From: Octopus vulgaris
Lineage: Eukaryota
Assembly: GCA_951406725.2 (NCBI GenBank)
Contig: OX597831.1
Span: 81,530,001-81,594,000, forward strand
Direction of reading: 5' to 3'
Length of the DNA: 64,000 bases
Shown: in pieces, positions 14,461-30,043 of the stretch
How positions within the stretch are numbered: the first letter of the stretch is position 1
How the letters are laid out: every line of letters begins with the position of its first letter
The notes under the pieces: generated by a model
What the model was told of the DNA's origin: nothing
Seen by the model: the letters and a program-made list of their open reading frames with translations, nothing else
Databases searched by the model: none
Program-made: the position numbers and the translations under genes

Positions 14461-16045
14461 AAGGCCCAAAAAGAAAATTACTCTCCCCAGACACACACAC
14501 AAACAAACTCATATACGCACACACTCGCAAGGAAATAAAGTACTTTCAAAGTATAGTGCATATGTGTGTACGTTTTTACAATATTGCGTTAATTTACCTG
14601 TTCAAACATTTTCACTTTGAAACCATTTTTTAGAATATTCATCCTTGAAGGAATATCGTTACCGGTATCCATAGCAACTCCTCCATTTACGGTGAAATTG
14701 AAGTGGAAGCTGCTGGTCTTGTATATTTTCCAAAAGACCTTGTAGAAAAAAAGAAAAGGAATATGGACATAGCTGAGAATTTCAGAAGGCCAATATCCTG
14801 GAGGGGAATGTTTGGGGGTCTATGTTTAATGTAGAAATTGAGAATTATCATGAGTGGTGGACGAGGAACTTAGGAATATTTGGGTGGAGTTGACAAAAGA
14901 TTGACACGCTTGGAGTAGCAGAGGTCATTTTAGTTGTTTGTAACAGAAATGTGTGAAGGTTAGAGGCTAATTCCGTGGGTCAGAGGTCAAGACTTTTCGC
15001 TGAAGGCTATGGCGGCCGGTTAGAGATTTATGCCAAATTGGTGATGGCATCGATACAAAACTGTCAACTCTATATTTTAATATTTCAGTTCCTGCCTTCA
15101 TGCACACACACACATACACACACACACACACGTACGTGTGTATAGTTAAAAGAATAGGTTTTCACGTTAATTCTCCCAAAAAGAACCACAATAACAGTGT
15201 TGATGTTTGCAAAGCCAAAAGATAAAACCTCCATTGTCGAAGAAATTCATTTCGCTGTGAGAATCAAGAAAGACAACCTGGAATAATATTACTGGCTGCT
15301 GGTTATTTATGGTTCACGTATCTAGGGATTCACACACTTTCCATTAATGACCTTCAGTTATGATCATCCAATAAGACTACGATGTATAATGTATCCATTT
15401 TTTTTTTGAGACGGTTGCATGTGATATGAAAGATATTTCGTTGCTATTTTTAACAGATTTATCAACCACAAAGGCTCTCCATTTGTTTGCTCATAAAAAT
15501 ACAAGGGATTGGTTCTGCTTTCCTGTGGTTTCCTGGCGAGTACTGACTAACATGATAAGCATCAATCTTCTTGATAGTTTACAGGTAATATATTCCTAAT
15601 TGACACGTTACTCGTTTCTTTTGACGATTGACGAAATTGAACCAAAGTGAAATGAGGTGAATAAATAAAAAAATATTTAATACGATACGCTTGAAAGGGA
15701 TTCGAACACCTGACCTATATGCAAGCTTTCTGATGTATTGTCTACGTGGGAAGCTCATCCAATAAAATATAAACTGACATTTGTATGAATAATGACAGTA
15801 AACGATTGTAATAAACAGCGTGGAAAATGCGAAATAAATAGAAATAATGTCGATAATAACATGCTGTTGTTTAGCCCTGGGTCAGTCCTGAATCGGTAGA
15901 TCTATGATTAGAATCTTCCCCAGTTTAACACCATCGCTTGGTTCAGGGAATATTGGAAATTACTGCAAAAGAATTTTGAGCTTGTGTCAGTAAATCGAAA
16001 TTAACTCCCTTTACACACTGGCGCGCGCGCGCACACACGCTTATA

Positions 16046-16076
<31 letters not shown>

Positions 16077-16532
16077 TGAGATGACAAATGATGTGGAGTT
16101 TTCATTAAGACAAATGTCACCACTTTGATCCGTTCCTGTTGAGTTTGAAATGTTTTAGACAAAGATGAGCAATAAAAAGCTCGGGATGAGGACCATCCAA
16201 CCTCTGGATCCCGTCAACTCGGCTAAGGAAGAAGGAGGAAGTGGAAGAGGAGGAAGAGGAGGTAAAGAAGAATGAAGAACTGAATACACATACATACGTA
16301 CATCAGTCTGTATGTATGTGACTGTGGAGGAGGAGGAGGTGTCTGAGGGAACTAGTTGGCGGGAATTTGGCTTCTAGAGGTCGAACCCTGTGTGGTTTAC
16401 TCAAGGTTATGTTTTCACAATGATACTAAATATGTTTATTAATCATATCCGATGTGATTTTTCTATACACGTTTATTCATAAGCACACCGTGTCTGTTTT
16501 TCAAACACACACATACGTATATATACATATCC

Positions 16533-16566
<34 letters not shown>

Positions 16567-18224
16567 GTATATAATTATATAAATATGGATATTCATGTAA
16601 CTATATGCCTATACACAGAAAGACACAGAAAACTGAAGTGATATTGTTTGTTTATGCCACGTTCATGTTTGACCTTCACCCTAAAAATCTACTTCGACCT
16701 GTCACTTACTCTTCCGTGAACTTAGCTTTGTAGGAAATCTAAATATTTATTGCATCTCGCTTGAGACAAGAATAATAATTATGATTTAACCAACGATATT
16801 ACCGAAATGGTTGTTATACCTAAATTGTATCTCAGAATTATTCTTCTAGCAAGACTTGTCTTTTCTGCAATAATTTATTTGACTTCCATAATTTCAAAAT
16901 GTGAAAATTGTCAGAACTACACAAAATAATTGTCTAAAATATTCTTTTTTTTATTTTTTACTTTTGCATCTGCAAATGTTTCGTGTATTTATGTTAACTC
17001 TTTATAACAAAGATTGGTGAAATAATATTGACAGCATGAATGATAGAGATGTCTTTCATGTACGAGAGTCTGATTACTGATATCTGGAACCGAGTTTTCT
17101 CGAGTCCTATGTTTGGAATGAAATTGCCAAAATACAGAACAAGAAAAGCTGTGGATGATCTTTCAGAATCTACTTTGTGAAACCTCGAAATGCTAAAAGA
17201 CCTAAATTGTTAATGGTTTTATTTCATAAGTATGAGGAATCCTCATTTCAGGAGCCGACAGCGGTTTACTGACACAAATACCGAATATACCCGAAAGCAA
17301 TTTTACAGATGAGGTTTATCCACTTTGATGATGAATTTTGTCGAGACTTGGAGGCTGTGTGAGAAACCTGTTCTGCCCTTCGAATTCGAGATCTATTCAT
17401 TTAAATATTGTTTTGTGAAATCTCTGATGCAAGGCAAAGGTTTTCGAAACATCGCATGTTGTCTTTAGCAGAAGGCTATCATCTGAAATATCTTAATGAG
17501 GATAATGTACCGGTAGAGCGATGACTGTATTCACAGAATGGCAAAACTTCCCGCCTCCCAAAGAAAACTTCTTTATCAGCGTACGTGGTCGCAACTTCCA
17601 GTTCTAGTGACGTAACTGATTTGCAGTTTCCAGCGAATCTGCTTGCACAAAGACAATTGCATGTGGCTATGTTGAAAGCTGCACAAGTTACAGAATATAT
17701 GGAACACTATAGAAAAAGCAACGATAAAACCCAGAATACTCTTTCTTAACGCATTAAACACAAACATGAAGAAGCTAAGCAAATTATAGAGAAGAAAGAT
17801 CGCTCAAGAGGATTGGTCCAAACTATTGTGCCAAATACTAAATTACCTGAAAGACAAAAATATCATAAACATGATGACAAGTAAAAGACCTACTTCGTGG
17901 GGAATGCGATAAAAAATAAAGTGCCGCAAATTGGCAAACAAATATTAAACTTTCAAAAAGCTCAACAGGACTTAAAAAATAAGGACAGCATAAGAATCTG
18001 TGAGAGCAACAGAATGTGTTTGTAATTTTGAATGGAGCAGAAATGAGAAATTTACTTTAAGACAAAAAAAAATTCACGAAGATCAAGAATGAGAACACCG
18101 AACAGCGGCGAAAAGGAAAAGGGAATTTAATTACTGATACAAATGCACGAATAGGATCAGCTTACTTCCCATGCACACGCACGTGCACGCATGCGCACGC
18201 ATGCGCACACACACACACACATAC

Positions 18225-18372
18225 AAAGTTTCCATGAACTAAACCACATACAAGGTTTTGGTCAGCCCGAGGGCATAGTAGAAGACACTTGCACGAGATT
18301 CCATGCAATGGTATTGATCCTGAGGTCATGTGGCAGGAAAGCAAACTTCTTACCACACCGCCACACTCGTGC
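18225..18372 (-). mobile_element. SINE family A head fragment
   Basis: Minus strand GAGTGTGGCGGTGTGGTAAGAAGTTTGC...CAAGTGTCTTCTACTATGCCCTCGGGCTGACCAAAACCTTG. Confidence 0.75.
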
Positions 18373-18508
18373 CGAGGTATATTCGTACGTGTGGGGAGGA
18401 GCTTTAGTTTTAGATGTTTTTTTAAAACAGACGTCTTCAAACAAGTACACTCACACACACACACACACATTTGTGTGTGTTGAGTATTTGTTTGTATATG
18501 TATGTGTG

Positions 18509-18553
<45 letters not shown>

Positions 18554-18638
18554 ATTTACATATGTATGTATATATATGTGTGTATATATACGTATGTATA
18601 TACATGTGTTTATGTATACATATATGTTTATGTATACA

Positions 18639-19056
18639 GGCGTAGGAGTGGCTGTGTGGTAAGTAGCTTGCTAACCAACCACATGGTTCCGGGTTCAGTC
18701 CCACTGCGTAGCATCTTGGGCAAGTGTCTTCTGCTATAGCCCCGGGCCGACCAATGCCTTGTGAGTGGATTTGGTAGACGGAAACTGAAAGAAGCCTGTC
18801 GTATATATGTATATATATATATATAGGTATATGTGTGTGTGTGTTTGTGTGTCTGTGTTTGTCCTCCTAGCATTGCTTGACAACCGATGCTGGTGTGTTT
18901 ACGTCCCCGTCACCTAGCGGTTCGGCAAAAGAGACCGATAGAATAAGCACTGGGCTTACAAAGAATAAGTCCCGGGGTCGATTTGCTCGACTAAAGGCGG
19001 TGCTCCAGCATGGCCGCAGTCAAAATGACTTAAACAAGTAAAAGAGTAAAAGAGTA
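18639..19056 (+). mobile_element. SINE family A, full length
   Basis: A and B boxes, CORE-like segment, internal microsatellite, and a tail ending GTAAAAGAGTAAAAGAGT. Confidence 0.92.
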
Positions 19057-19258
19057 ATATATATATATGCACGTGTGTAAGTATGTACGTATATATATGT
19101 GTGAATATATAATAGACATATAGATAATTACGTATAAATATATCCATGTATGCGTGTGTGTGTGTGTGCATACATCTCTCTCTCTCTCTACCTTTTACCT
19201 TTAACCTTTTACCTTTTACTTGTTTCAGTCATTAGACTGCGGTCATGCTGGGGCACCA

Positions 19259-19294
<36 letters not shown>

Positions 19295-19379
19295 CATACA
19301 TATATTACACATACGTACACGCACATACACTCACACACCCACACACAAACATACCCACACACAAACACATAGACACACA

Positions 19380-19439
<60 letters not shown>

Positions 19440-20277
19440 GAGCCAGCTATGTGTCCAATATGGTTGATGTATGATTTAAAAGTAATTGAAAATAATTAGT
19501 TGAAAAGTGATAAAAAGAGAACAACATTTCCAATGTGAAACTTTGGTAATTTTCCTTATTTATTAGCCTCAACAACATTCCCCGCGCAAGACTCACCACT
19601 CCCCTCCCACTTCCCTCCCACTTCTCTTCATTTCTTACATTCTTCTTTACTAACTTCCCGCCATATTCTTCTTCTTTCTACTTTTCCCTTTTCCCATCCT
19701 TCTTTTCCTTCCTCCCACCTTCTTTCTTTCTTCCATTTTTCTTTTCATTCCATTCTTTATATCTTTTGTCTCTCTTTCATTTTTCTTCTGATTTTTCTTC
19801 ATTTCCTTTCGTTTGTTGAGCTTTTCTTCCATTACCCCCCCCACACACACACACTTACCCGTGTTTCTGTTTTCCTCTCCTGTGGTTTTCTTTTTCCTAA
19901 ATTATTCTTGATTTCTTCTTTGTCTTCTTTCTTTCCTGATTCCATTCCCAGGATAGTTTTCTGTTTTCTCTTTATGTTTCTTTTCGTGTTTCATCCCTTC
20001 AACACCCCCACCCGTCTTCTTTTCAGTGCTTGTTACGTCTTTCCCGTTTTCGGTTTCTCTCTTTACAAACTCCAATGTTTTTATGGTTTATTTCTCCCTT
20101 TCTATTTCATCTCATTTAATCTTATTTCTATCTTATTATTATTCTTCATCTCTCTTTCCCATTCCTCCTTCTCCCTCTCTCTCTCTTTCTATGCTATTGA
20201 TGTGCGAAAAAAAAAGTGGGAAACGATCTATTAATGGACCGTTCCACACTTTGTTGACCACTCTTCACAAAATATTT

Positions 20278-20430
20278 ACCTGGCTTGCTGAGGAGCCATG
20301 AAACCACGAAACGTTCGGTCAGGAGACTCGCCTTCTCCCCACATATAAATACTATAGAAGGAATGTGTCTACATTATTATTATTTCACCGATAGCGTGGT
20401 TTTGCAATGTTCCTCTAATTCGCGCTTTGT
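20278..20430 (+). mobile_element. pLTR-like fragment with decayed HHR
   Basis: CTGAGGA...GAAAC-GTTCG-GTC. The core motifs are present but stems I and II are degraded. Confidence 0.4.
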
Positions 20431-20456
20431 TATGAATGATAACAACAATAGCAATG

Positions 20457-20502
<46 letters not shown>

Positions 20503-20570
20503 CAACAATAATAATAATAATAATAATACTAATACTAATAACAACAACAACAACAACAACAACAATAATG

Positions 20571-20619
<49 letters not shown>

Positions 20620-20805
20620 TAATTATAATCTCTCATGGGTCTGATCTTAACTGATTGGAAGTGTTATCATGTACATTGTTTTGTCTTGCTGTAAAAGATG
20701 GGCTACAGCAAATATTCTGCTCAATACCACAGATTTGCTGGTCAGTTGTTTGACCTTAACCAGTTGAGCATGTCCCTTAGTGGCTGACGATATGTGCATC
20801 TCTGT

Positions 20806-21060
20806 AAATAAAGAATAACAACCAAAATTATAAGGATTAAAATTCCCAAAAGAGGGAACCTTCCAAAGGCTACTCGTAGAAACCCCTCAAAAACCACAGT
20901 CGTCCTAACCTTTAGGACAAGTACCCTCTCCTCTTCACCTAACCTCAATCTAGAGTCGCATGCTTAAAGCAGGCCCGTTCACTCGGGCCATTCGCGCTAC
21001 GTTCACTCACCTGGAAGGAAGCACTTTCCTCTCTGCTCTCACTTTGTTTTCGGCCATTCC
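20806..21060 (-). mobile_element. Possible 3' end of an L1/Tx1-type LINE
   Basis: The minus strand ends an ORF-like stretch KVRAERKVLPSR*VNVARMARVNGPALSMRL, followed by a short UTR. Family assignment is from recollection only. Confidence 0.35.
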
Positions 21061-21144
21061 GAAGTTGTTAAGACTTGATCAAATGAAATCTGTCAAATGT
21101 TAATTCATCATTCTCTCCATTGGGTATCAATAGTACCAGTGATA

Positions 21145-21900
21145 TACGGAGGGTTTATTCAATCCTTTCAGTCTTTCTTTACAAATCCATTGTTTTGTTC
21201 CTCAGTTGATTTTGTAGGCGAAAATAGGCATTGATATGTGTAATGATGTATCTTTCCAGGTGCATATTACTAATTTGGCAATAAAATGCAGACGTATTGC
21301 TGGATGGATCCTCTGAATTTTCAGAACCAGAGGACAGGAAGCTATGATGGTCCTTTGGAGGACACATGCTCTCAGCTGTTTAGAGTGTTGCTCCCAAGTA
21401 TGGCCACCACACAGTATAAAATTAACGGCAGAACTTGAGGCAATCCAGCGAAGCTTCACAACGAAATTCGTCTCGATGCAACGTATCAGCTACTGGGAAG
21501 GATTGAAAAAGTTAAGACTACTTCCTAGAACAAAGGCGGGAAAGATATGCAATAATATACATCTGGAAGATTCTGGAAGGACTTGTAGCAAACTTTAGCA
21601 TTGAAAGTTATACAAACAGCAGAACGGGGAGCCGCTGCATAGTGCCTAAGATCCCAAAATTACCATCAAAATACAAGACCAGAGACTGCAACAGCTTGGG
21701 CTTCACAGCTCTTCAATATCCTTCAAAAATGCCCGAGAGACCTGCATGGTGTGGATATTGGTGTCTTAAAAACAAAACTGAACCTCCTCCTATCAAGGAT
21801 TCTTGATGAGCCTAACTCACGGCAGGAAACACAGATGAAGGCAGCAACATCTCCCATTCAACAAATGTCACATATTTGAGGAGGTTTCAAATAATGAACG
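21145..21900 (+). mobile_element. CR1/L2-group LINE ORF2 C-terminal fragment, decayed
   Basis: CRRIAGWIL..FRTR..AMMVLWRTHALSCLECCSQVWPP...LEAIQRSFT...SYWEGLKKLRL.SLEQRRERYAIIYIWKILEG, a typical post-RT CR1 region. Confidence 0.85.
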
Positions 21901-21975
21901 TGTAACAAAGCCAAAGGGGTACCCCACGATAACCGCAGCATCTTTAAAGTTGAAACTAATTAAAGAGTTAAAGCG

Positions 21976-22094
<119 letters not shown>

Positions 22095-22950
22095 GGGGGA
22101 GAAAGAGAAGAAGAGAGAAATATTTATTTATTTGTGTATTAAGGCTACCATCGGTTTCATATTAAGAAAAATATCTTAATTATTCAAGATGATCACATGT
22201 CGGATAGTGTTCGTCTTCATTTCGGATAAAAACAAAGGTGGGGACTAATACCATTCCCCCATGTGATTGGCTTGAATAATTGTTTGGATATCAAGATATT
22301 TTTAACACATAAACTCTATCCACCAATGCGGTGTTGAGCACTCATTGTCATCATTCGACATTTACGTATATATATAAAAATATATATATATATATACATA
22401 ACCATAAAACAAAACTTTTTGAGAATAAGAACAGAAAGGAATCCACAATAAAAAGTGTTTAATTGAAAAAGTGATTTTCTCTTTGTTATTCCTATTTAAT
22501 TAACGAAAGAGGTCGAAACATCACACTTGCCTGTAAATTCAATGATAATTTACCTTGCAGGTGTAAATGTCGATGGTTTTTACTAATAACTTCAGCAAAT
22601 AACAATTAATTTTGAGTTACAATTGAGAAGAACTGCCTACTTAACACCACATGACACTTACTAGGGGAGACAATTTAAATATAAAGATGGTTGTTCTACA
22701 CACACACACACACACACATATTTATAAATACACATTTACATATATATGTATGTTTTACGTGTGTATATATATATATATGTGTGTGTATGTATGTATATAT
22801 ACAGAGTCAAGATATGAGATCCAGAAATGCTCGGTCTGCAACGTACACTTAGCAGCGCTCAAACAATTTGAACTTACACTCGGAAATTATTACCGAGGAC
22901 CAAGTCCACGGGGTAAAGAGTGGTTATGTGAGGAAACTAGGTGAGCAGAC

Positions 22951-23706
22951 ATGGAGGCATTAGGGTCAGGGTTAGGGTTGATAAAAGAAAGGATCAGAGT
23001 ATACAAAGGAGCCATGAAGAAATTTGATACTATCTTATGTAATGATAGGAATGGAATTTGCCCACTCTATAGGAGCAAGTCATGGAACACTATAGAAAGG
23101 ACAAAAAAGAAAATAGGGAAGGCCAACTCTTGGTATGATAGCCATAAATACCAGAGTGTCATGTTCGTCGTCACCACCCCTGGAGGTGAACTAGCGTACC
23201 GCTTTAGAAGGACCCTAGACAAACTTAAGCTAAGGATTAAGGTCGTTGAAAAGCCAGGCAACCCTATCAAATCCATAATCGGTAGAACCAACCCTTTTAG
23301 TAGAACCCCCTGTACGGATCGGTACAGTACTGTGTGTAGATTTAGCCCACAAACAAACTGTAAAGCCAGAAATGTAGTCTATAGTATAAGATGTATAGAG
23401 GGACGAAGCAGTAACAAGACAACAACATACGTAGGGGAAACAGCACGAAGCATAGGAGAGCGGGTAAATAAACATTGGAGAGAACTTAAGGAAGAAAAGA
23501 GCTCATTGGTTCTATACCAACATGCCGAGCAGGAATATGGGGGATCAATCAACAACATAGAAGTTAAAATCTTGTCCACACATAGAACAGACGCAACAAT
23601 CAGACAAATTACGGAAGCTACACACATAATAGAAGATAAAGCTAGCCTGAATAGGAAACTGGAATGGAACACTAGCACACACCACAACAGAAGAGGATCC
23701 CCATAA
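22951..23706 (+). pseudogene. PLE (Neptune-like) ORF C-terminus: linker, Cys motif and GIY-YIG endonuclease
   Basis: VMFVVTTPGGELA..RIKVVEKPG..TNPF..C....VC..CKARNVVYSIRC..YVGETARSIGERVNKH..LYQH..RQITEA..LNRKLEW. 5' truncated. Confidence 0.9.
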
Positions 23707-23937
23707 ACTGGTTACAATATAAACAAAACTGAAAACATAATAAAATAAAATACACACATAAATAAACAAATGGAAGTAAATAACTATATATATTTTTTTA
23801 ATTTTAAATTTTTTAATTTTATTTTTAATTTTTAAATTTTTTTATTTATTTTATTTTATTTTATTTTTAATTTTAAAAAAATTATTATTATTACTATTAT
23901 TGTTGTTATACATACATACATACATGCATACATAATA

Positions 23938-23989
<52 letters not shown>

Positions 23990-24000
23990 TGATGATAATG

Positions 24001-24095
<95 letters not shown>

Positions 24096-24096
24096 T

Positions 24097-25778
<1,682 letters not shown>

Positions 25779-26231
25779 GTGGGTGTAAACACATGAACAA
25801 AATAAGAATAAACAAAAACAAAAACAAATTACGCAAACGTATATAAACAGAAGATACAAATATTACAAGCATCCCCCACACACACACACTATCTAAACAT
25901 AGACGCACATAAAGATATATGCATGCGCAAATGAAGACACATACAATAGAAATACAAAATGGCTGACGGTTAGTAAGGAGAGACACACAAATAAGAAAGA
26001 AGAAAGCAAAGGACCACTGATGAGGTCACAGGAGTGTGACGAAAGAACTCTAACCAAAATAAGATTAAGATTAATGTAAAAAATAAATAACGCTGAAGCA
26101 AAGTAACACCAAATATATAGTGCGTGTGTTTTCATTGGCTAAACTGGCAAAATGACCATTCCTAAATACAACAATATCCGTTTCGACACACGATTTCACA
26201 TAAAAAATCTTGCACAACACATATATAAACG

Positions 26232-26232
<1 letters not shown>
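25779..26232 (+). mobile_element. PLE 3' UTR/pLTR with HHR and ORF start
   Basis: Contains the HHR motif at 26011-26056 and ATGACCATTCCTAAATAC (ORF start). Ends in (TA)n. Likely the continuation of the 22951 element. Confidence 0.75.
26011..26056 (+). ncRNA. Hammerhead motif, 3' strand of stem I degraded
   Basis: GGACCA-CTGATGA-G-GTCACA-GGAG-TGTGAC-GAAA-GAACTCTAACC. Stem II is a perfect 6 bp, but the TGGTCC needed for stem I is absent. Confidence 0.65.
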
Positions 26233-26295
<63 letters not shown>

Positions 26296-26423
26296 CGGGA
26301 AGCTTTATGAAAATAGACAAAAGACGAAGGCAGGTTTACGGAAAATGTATATATATAGATATATAATATATATATAATGTATATATATATAATATATATA
26401 TATAATGTATATATATATATATA

Positions 26424-26460
<37 letters not shown>

Positions 26461-26557
26461 GTATATATATATATTTATATATATAATATATATATAATGT
26501 ATAAATAATGTATATATATATATATATATAATGTATATATATACACACATATATATA

Positions 26558-26647
<90 letters not shown>

Positions 26648-26957
26648 CTACGTGTGTGAATGGTGAATGTATACAGAATTCTATGTTGATTTAGTGAGAT
26701 TGAAATGACGTATGCGAAAACACCAAGGAATATAACAGGGAATAAGATGCGATGAAGTCAAAAGTATATGTTCTTGCCCGAATTCTCTATTCTTCATCCA
26801 CTTCGTCTACCATTCTAACACCTCATTGCCATTCAGCTCCTCTCCTTCTTTCAATATTTTGTCTTTTATAATCTTTCTTTTTGTAATTTTTTTTACCTTT
26901 TTTTTCCCTTTCAAACATCCTATAAATACGTACATACATACACATATACTGATATAC

Positions 26958-27032
<75 letters not shown>

Positions 27033-27523
27033 AACATATCTATATAGGTATAGATATATACATTTGTGTGTATATATACATACATAAAAGCATACATAAA
27101 GACATACGTAGACATGCATGGGTGTTTGTGTGTGTGTGTGTGAACCACATACGGGGCCCTTGTGGATTCTACCAAACATTTTTCTGTCTCTCACTCCATT
27201 TGCCATCAAGCAAAGAATTTGACAGTTGATTAAAGTTTTTAGCGAGAATCTCCGTCAAGTATGTTGGCACTTTAACGAGAATTACACTGCACACCAGCAA
27301 ATTCTCTGCGACTAATAAGGTCTAGTGATAACTTTAATGAAGTTATTTTGGTAAAACGAAATATCTGGAATGATAAGGCGAAACTATCTTCACTTAATTA
27401 AACATGACAAAGTATTTATGTTTTTATAATAAAGCATTCACATACAGCATTGTTTGATAAGGTCTACCTACCTGTCTCTCTGTCTGTCTAACTTTCTATC
27501 TGTGTATTTGTGTCTATGAGTGT

Positions 27524-27563
<40 letters not shown>

Positions 27564-27584
27564 ATATAGATATATATACTTTAT

Positions 27585-27880
27585 TGAAACAAGGTGAAAA
27601 AAAGAGTACTCAAATACCAGAGGTAGAGTAATATGCTTTATTTAAAAAAGCAGCAGAAATATAACAAAACCTGTTACTCGGAGTTTCACGTTCCCGTTCG
27701 TCGGACAGTTTTGTTAAAAAAAAGTTTTGTTAACAAAATTGCCCGACGAATGGGAACTTGAAACTCCGAGTAACAGCTTTTGTTATATTTCTGGTGCTTT
27801 TAAATAAAGCATATTACTCTACCTCTGGTATTTGAGTACTCTTTTTTCACCTTGTTTCACATTTATGTGATTACTGCGGT
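27585..27880. mobile_element. Fold-back pLTR mini-element
   Basis: Inverted arms of about 130 bp (27585-27716 and 27731-27859), with TA-rich microsatellite flanks. Confidence 0.85.
27671..27708 (-). ncRNA. Very compact (38 nt) hammerhead with CCGACGA core
   Basis: Minus strand CTGT-CCGACGA-ACG-GGAA-CGT-GAAA-CTCCGAG-TA-ACAG. Stems I, II (GNRA loop) and III all pair. A mutated mirror copy lies at 27739-27776 (+). Confidence 0.7.
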
Positions 27881-27881
27881 A

Positions 27882-27927
<46 letters not shown>

Positions 27928-28229
27928 GTGGGGTGTATGCATGCGTGTGTGTATATATGTAGGTATATGTGTCTGTGTATGTGTGTACGGCGTCGATGTA
28001 CGGAGCTGTTGCACATGATCCACAAGTGTTTAGGGGTCCGGTTCTGATTTGTGTATGGTATAGGATCCGTTGTTCACTAAAATACTTAATACATCTGTCA
28101 ATGGTGACTGTATACACTTGTATTTGACTACTAGCGCTGCTGGTGAAACGCCTGTGTTGAGCTGTGTATCAATTCCAGTTCTTAGCAAAATGAAACTACA
28201 TGCATACATATCTATTATGTTAGTTTTTT

Positions 28230-28645
28230 AATTTTAGGACAAGGCCAGCAATTTTAGGGGAGAGGCAAGTCTATTATATCGATCCCACTGTTCAGCAGGC
28301 ACTTATTTTATCAATCTCGAGAGGACGATATGCAAAGTCGATTCATTCGGCATTTGATCTCAGAACGTCGCAAGAAATACGACGAAGGATTTTGCTCGAC
28401 GTGCTCCCATTCTGCCAGCCCGCCGCCTATGTATAAGTTTCAAATGTTAGCACAAGGCCAGAAATTTCGGAGAAGGGAGCAAGTCGTTCACATCGACCCC
28501 CGCGTTCAACTGGTACTAATTTATCGACACCGAAAGGATGAAAGGCAAAGTCGGCAGCAGCCCAATTTGAACTCGGAACGTAAAGACGCACGAAATGCCG
28601 CTAAAGCATTTTGCCCGTCGCGTTAACAATTCAGCCATTTCGCCG
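28230..28645 (-). mobile_element. Two tandem SINE family B (Meta-domain-like) copies
   Basis: Reverse complement of GACTTTGCCTTTCATCCTTTCGG..TCGATAAATTAGTACCAG, present twice. Confidence 0.75.
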
Positions 28646-28992
28646 TACAAATTAATATTGATGACTATTTATCGATCTCTCCATTTATGTATCTGAGGGT
28701 ATATGTGTGTATGTTCTTACGCAATAACATATATATATGAATATATACGTATATCAATAATCGTTTCTTTTAATGAGGCGTGTATACACACACCCATACA
28801 CCCAGGTCTTTGTGTTGAGAAGACCAACGAATGGTGTAGAGTTTCTCGTCGATAAGGAAGTAACAATTCTTTGTTGACTTCTTAATTTCTTGGGGTCTCT
28901 TACGAGGGATCGATCTGACTTGTGACTCATGAGTGGGTAGGGGACGGGACTCTTCGGGAAAACGAAGTAGATCAACAAGTGTTACTCTTTAT

Positions 28993-29051
<59 letters not shown>

Positions 29052-29829
29052 CGTGTGTGTGTGTGAAATAAAGTTTCAGTCGATAAAATAAAGTATCAAT
29101 CAAGTATTGGAGTCGATATAATCGATTTGTCACATTTCCTTGAAGCCTGAAACTCGCTGAAGTCTCCTTCAGAGGAACTATCATGATCTGGGTCACTTAT
29201 ACGCTCATACTCCATGGAAACCGGGTTATCGACCTTGAGTCCTTGGGCTAAAAAGGTGTATGTATGTATGTATACCCATGTGCATATGTGTCTGAGTGTA
29301 TACATACATACACACATACATACATACACACATACATACATACACACACATACATACATACACACGCATACATACACTCACACATACATACACGCACACA
29401 CATACATACATACATACACACATGCATACATACACACACATACATACACACACACATACATACACACATATACATACACACACACATACATACACACACA
29501 CATACATACATACATACATACATACATACATACATACATACATACACACATACATACATACATACATACACACATACATACATACATACATATACGCATA
29601 CATAGTGATAATGATGCAAATAAACAAATGGAATTTGGGTTTTTATATACAAAATATACAGATTTACAGGAAAACAGAGAAAACAAAGACTGGAAAATAT
29701 CAGACGATGAATATTCGTGTATAAATATACGGAAATTTATATATTAACAGAGCAAACTTACACAGGACACAAAGACACAGAAAATTAAAGGGGAGGAGGT
29801 CTCTATACTCTGTTTCAATTGACTCTGCT

Positions 29830-30030
29830 AATATTATAGCACGCCGGACGAAATGCTTATCGTCTGTGTTTACGTCTGAGTTCAAATTCCACCGAGGTCA
29901 ACTTTGCCTTTCATCCTTTCGGGGGTCGATAAATTAAGTACCAGTTGCGTACTCAGGTCGAACTAATCGACTGGACCCCTCCCCCACTCCTCAAAAATTT
30001 CGGTCCATGTGCCCAGAGAAGAAAAGAATA
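29830..30030 (+). mobile_element. SINE family B
   Basis: GAGTTCAAATTCC B box and GCCTTTCATCCTTTCGGGGGTCGATAAATTAAGTACCAG. Confidence 0.85.
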
Positions 30031-30043
30031 TATAAATATCTGT

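Noticed and set aside
16820-17900. Complex stretch that may be a decayed DNA transposon (also 42160-42760)
   Set aside because: I could not identify any diagnostic motif or termini.
18639-18715. tRNA-like A/B boxes (also at 7457, 1192 and 56230)
   Set aside because: These are SINE heads with no complete cloverleaf.
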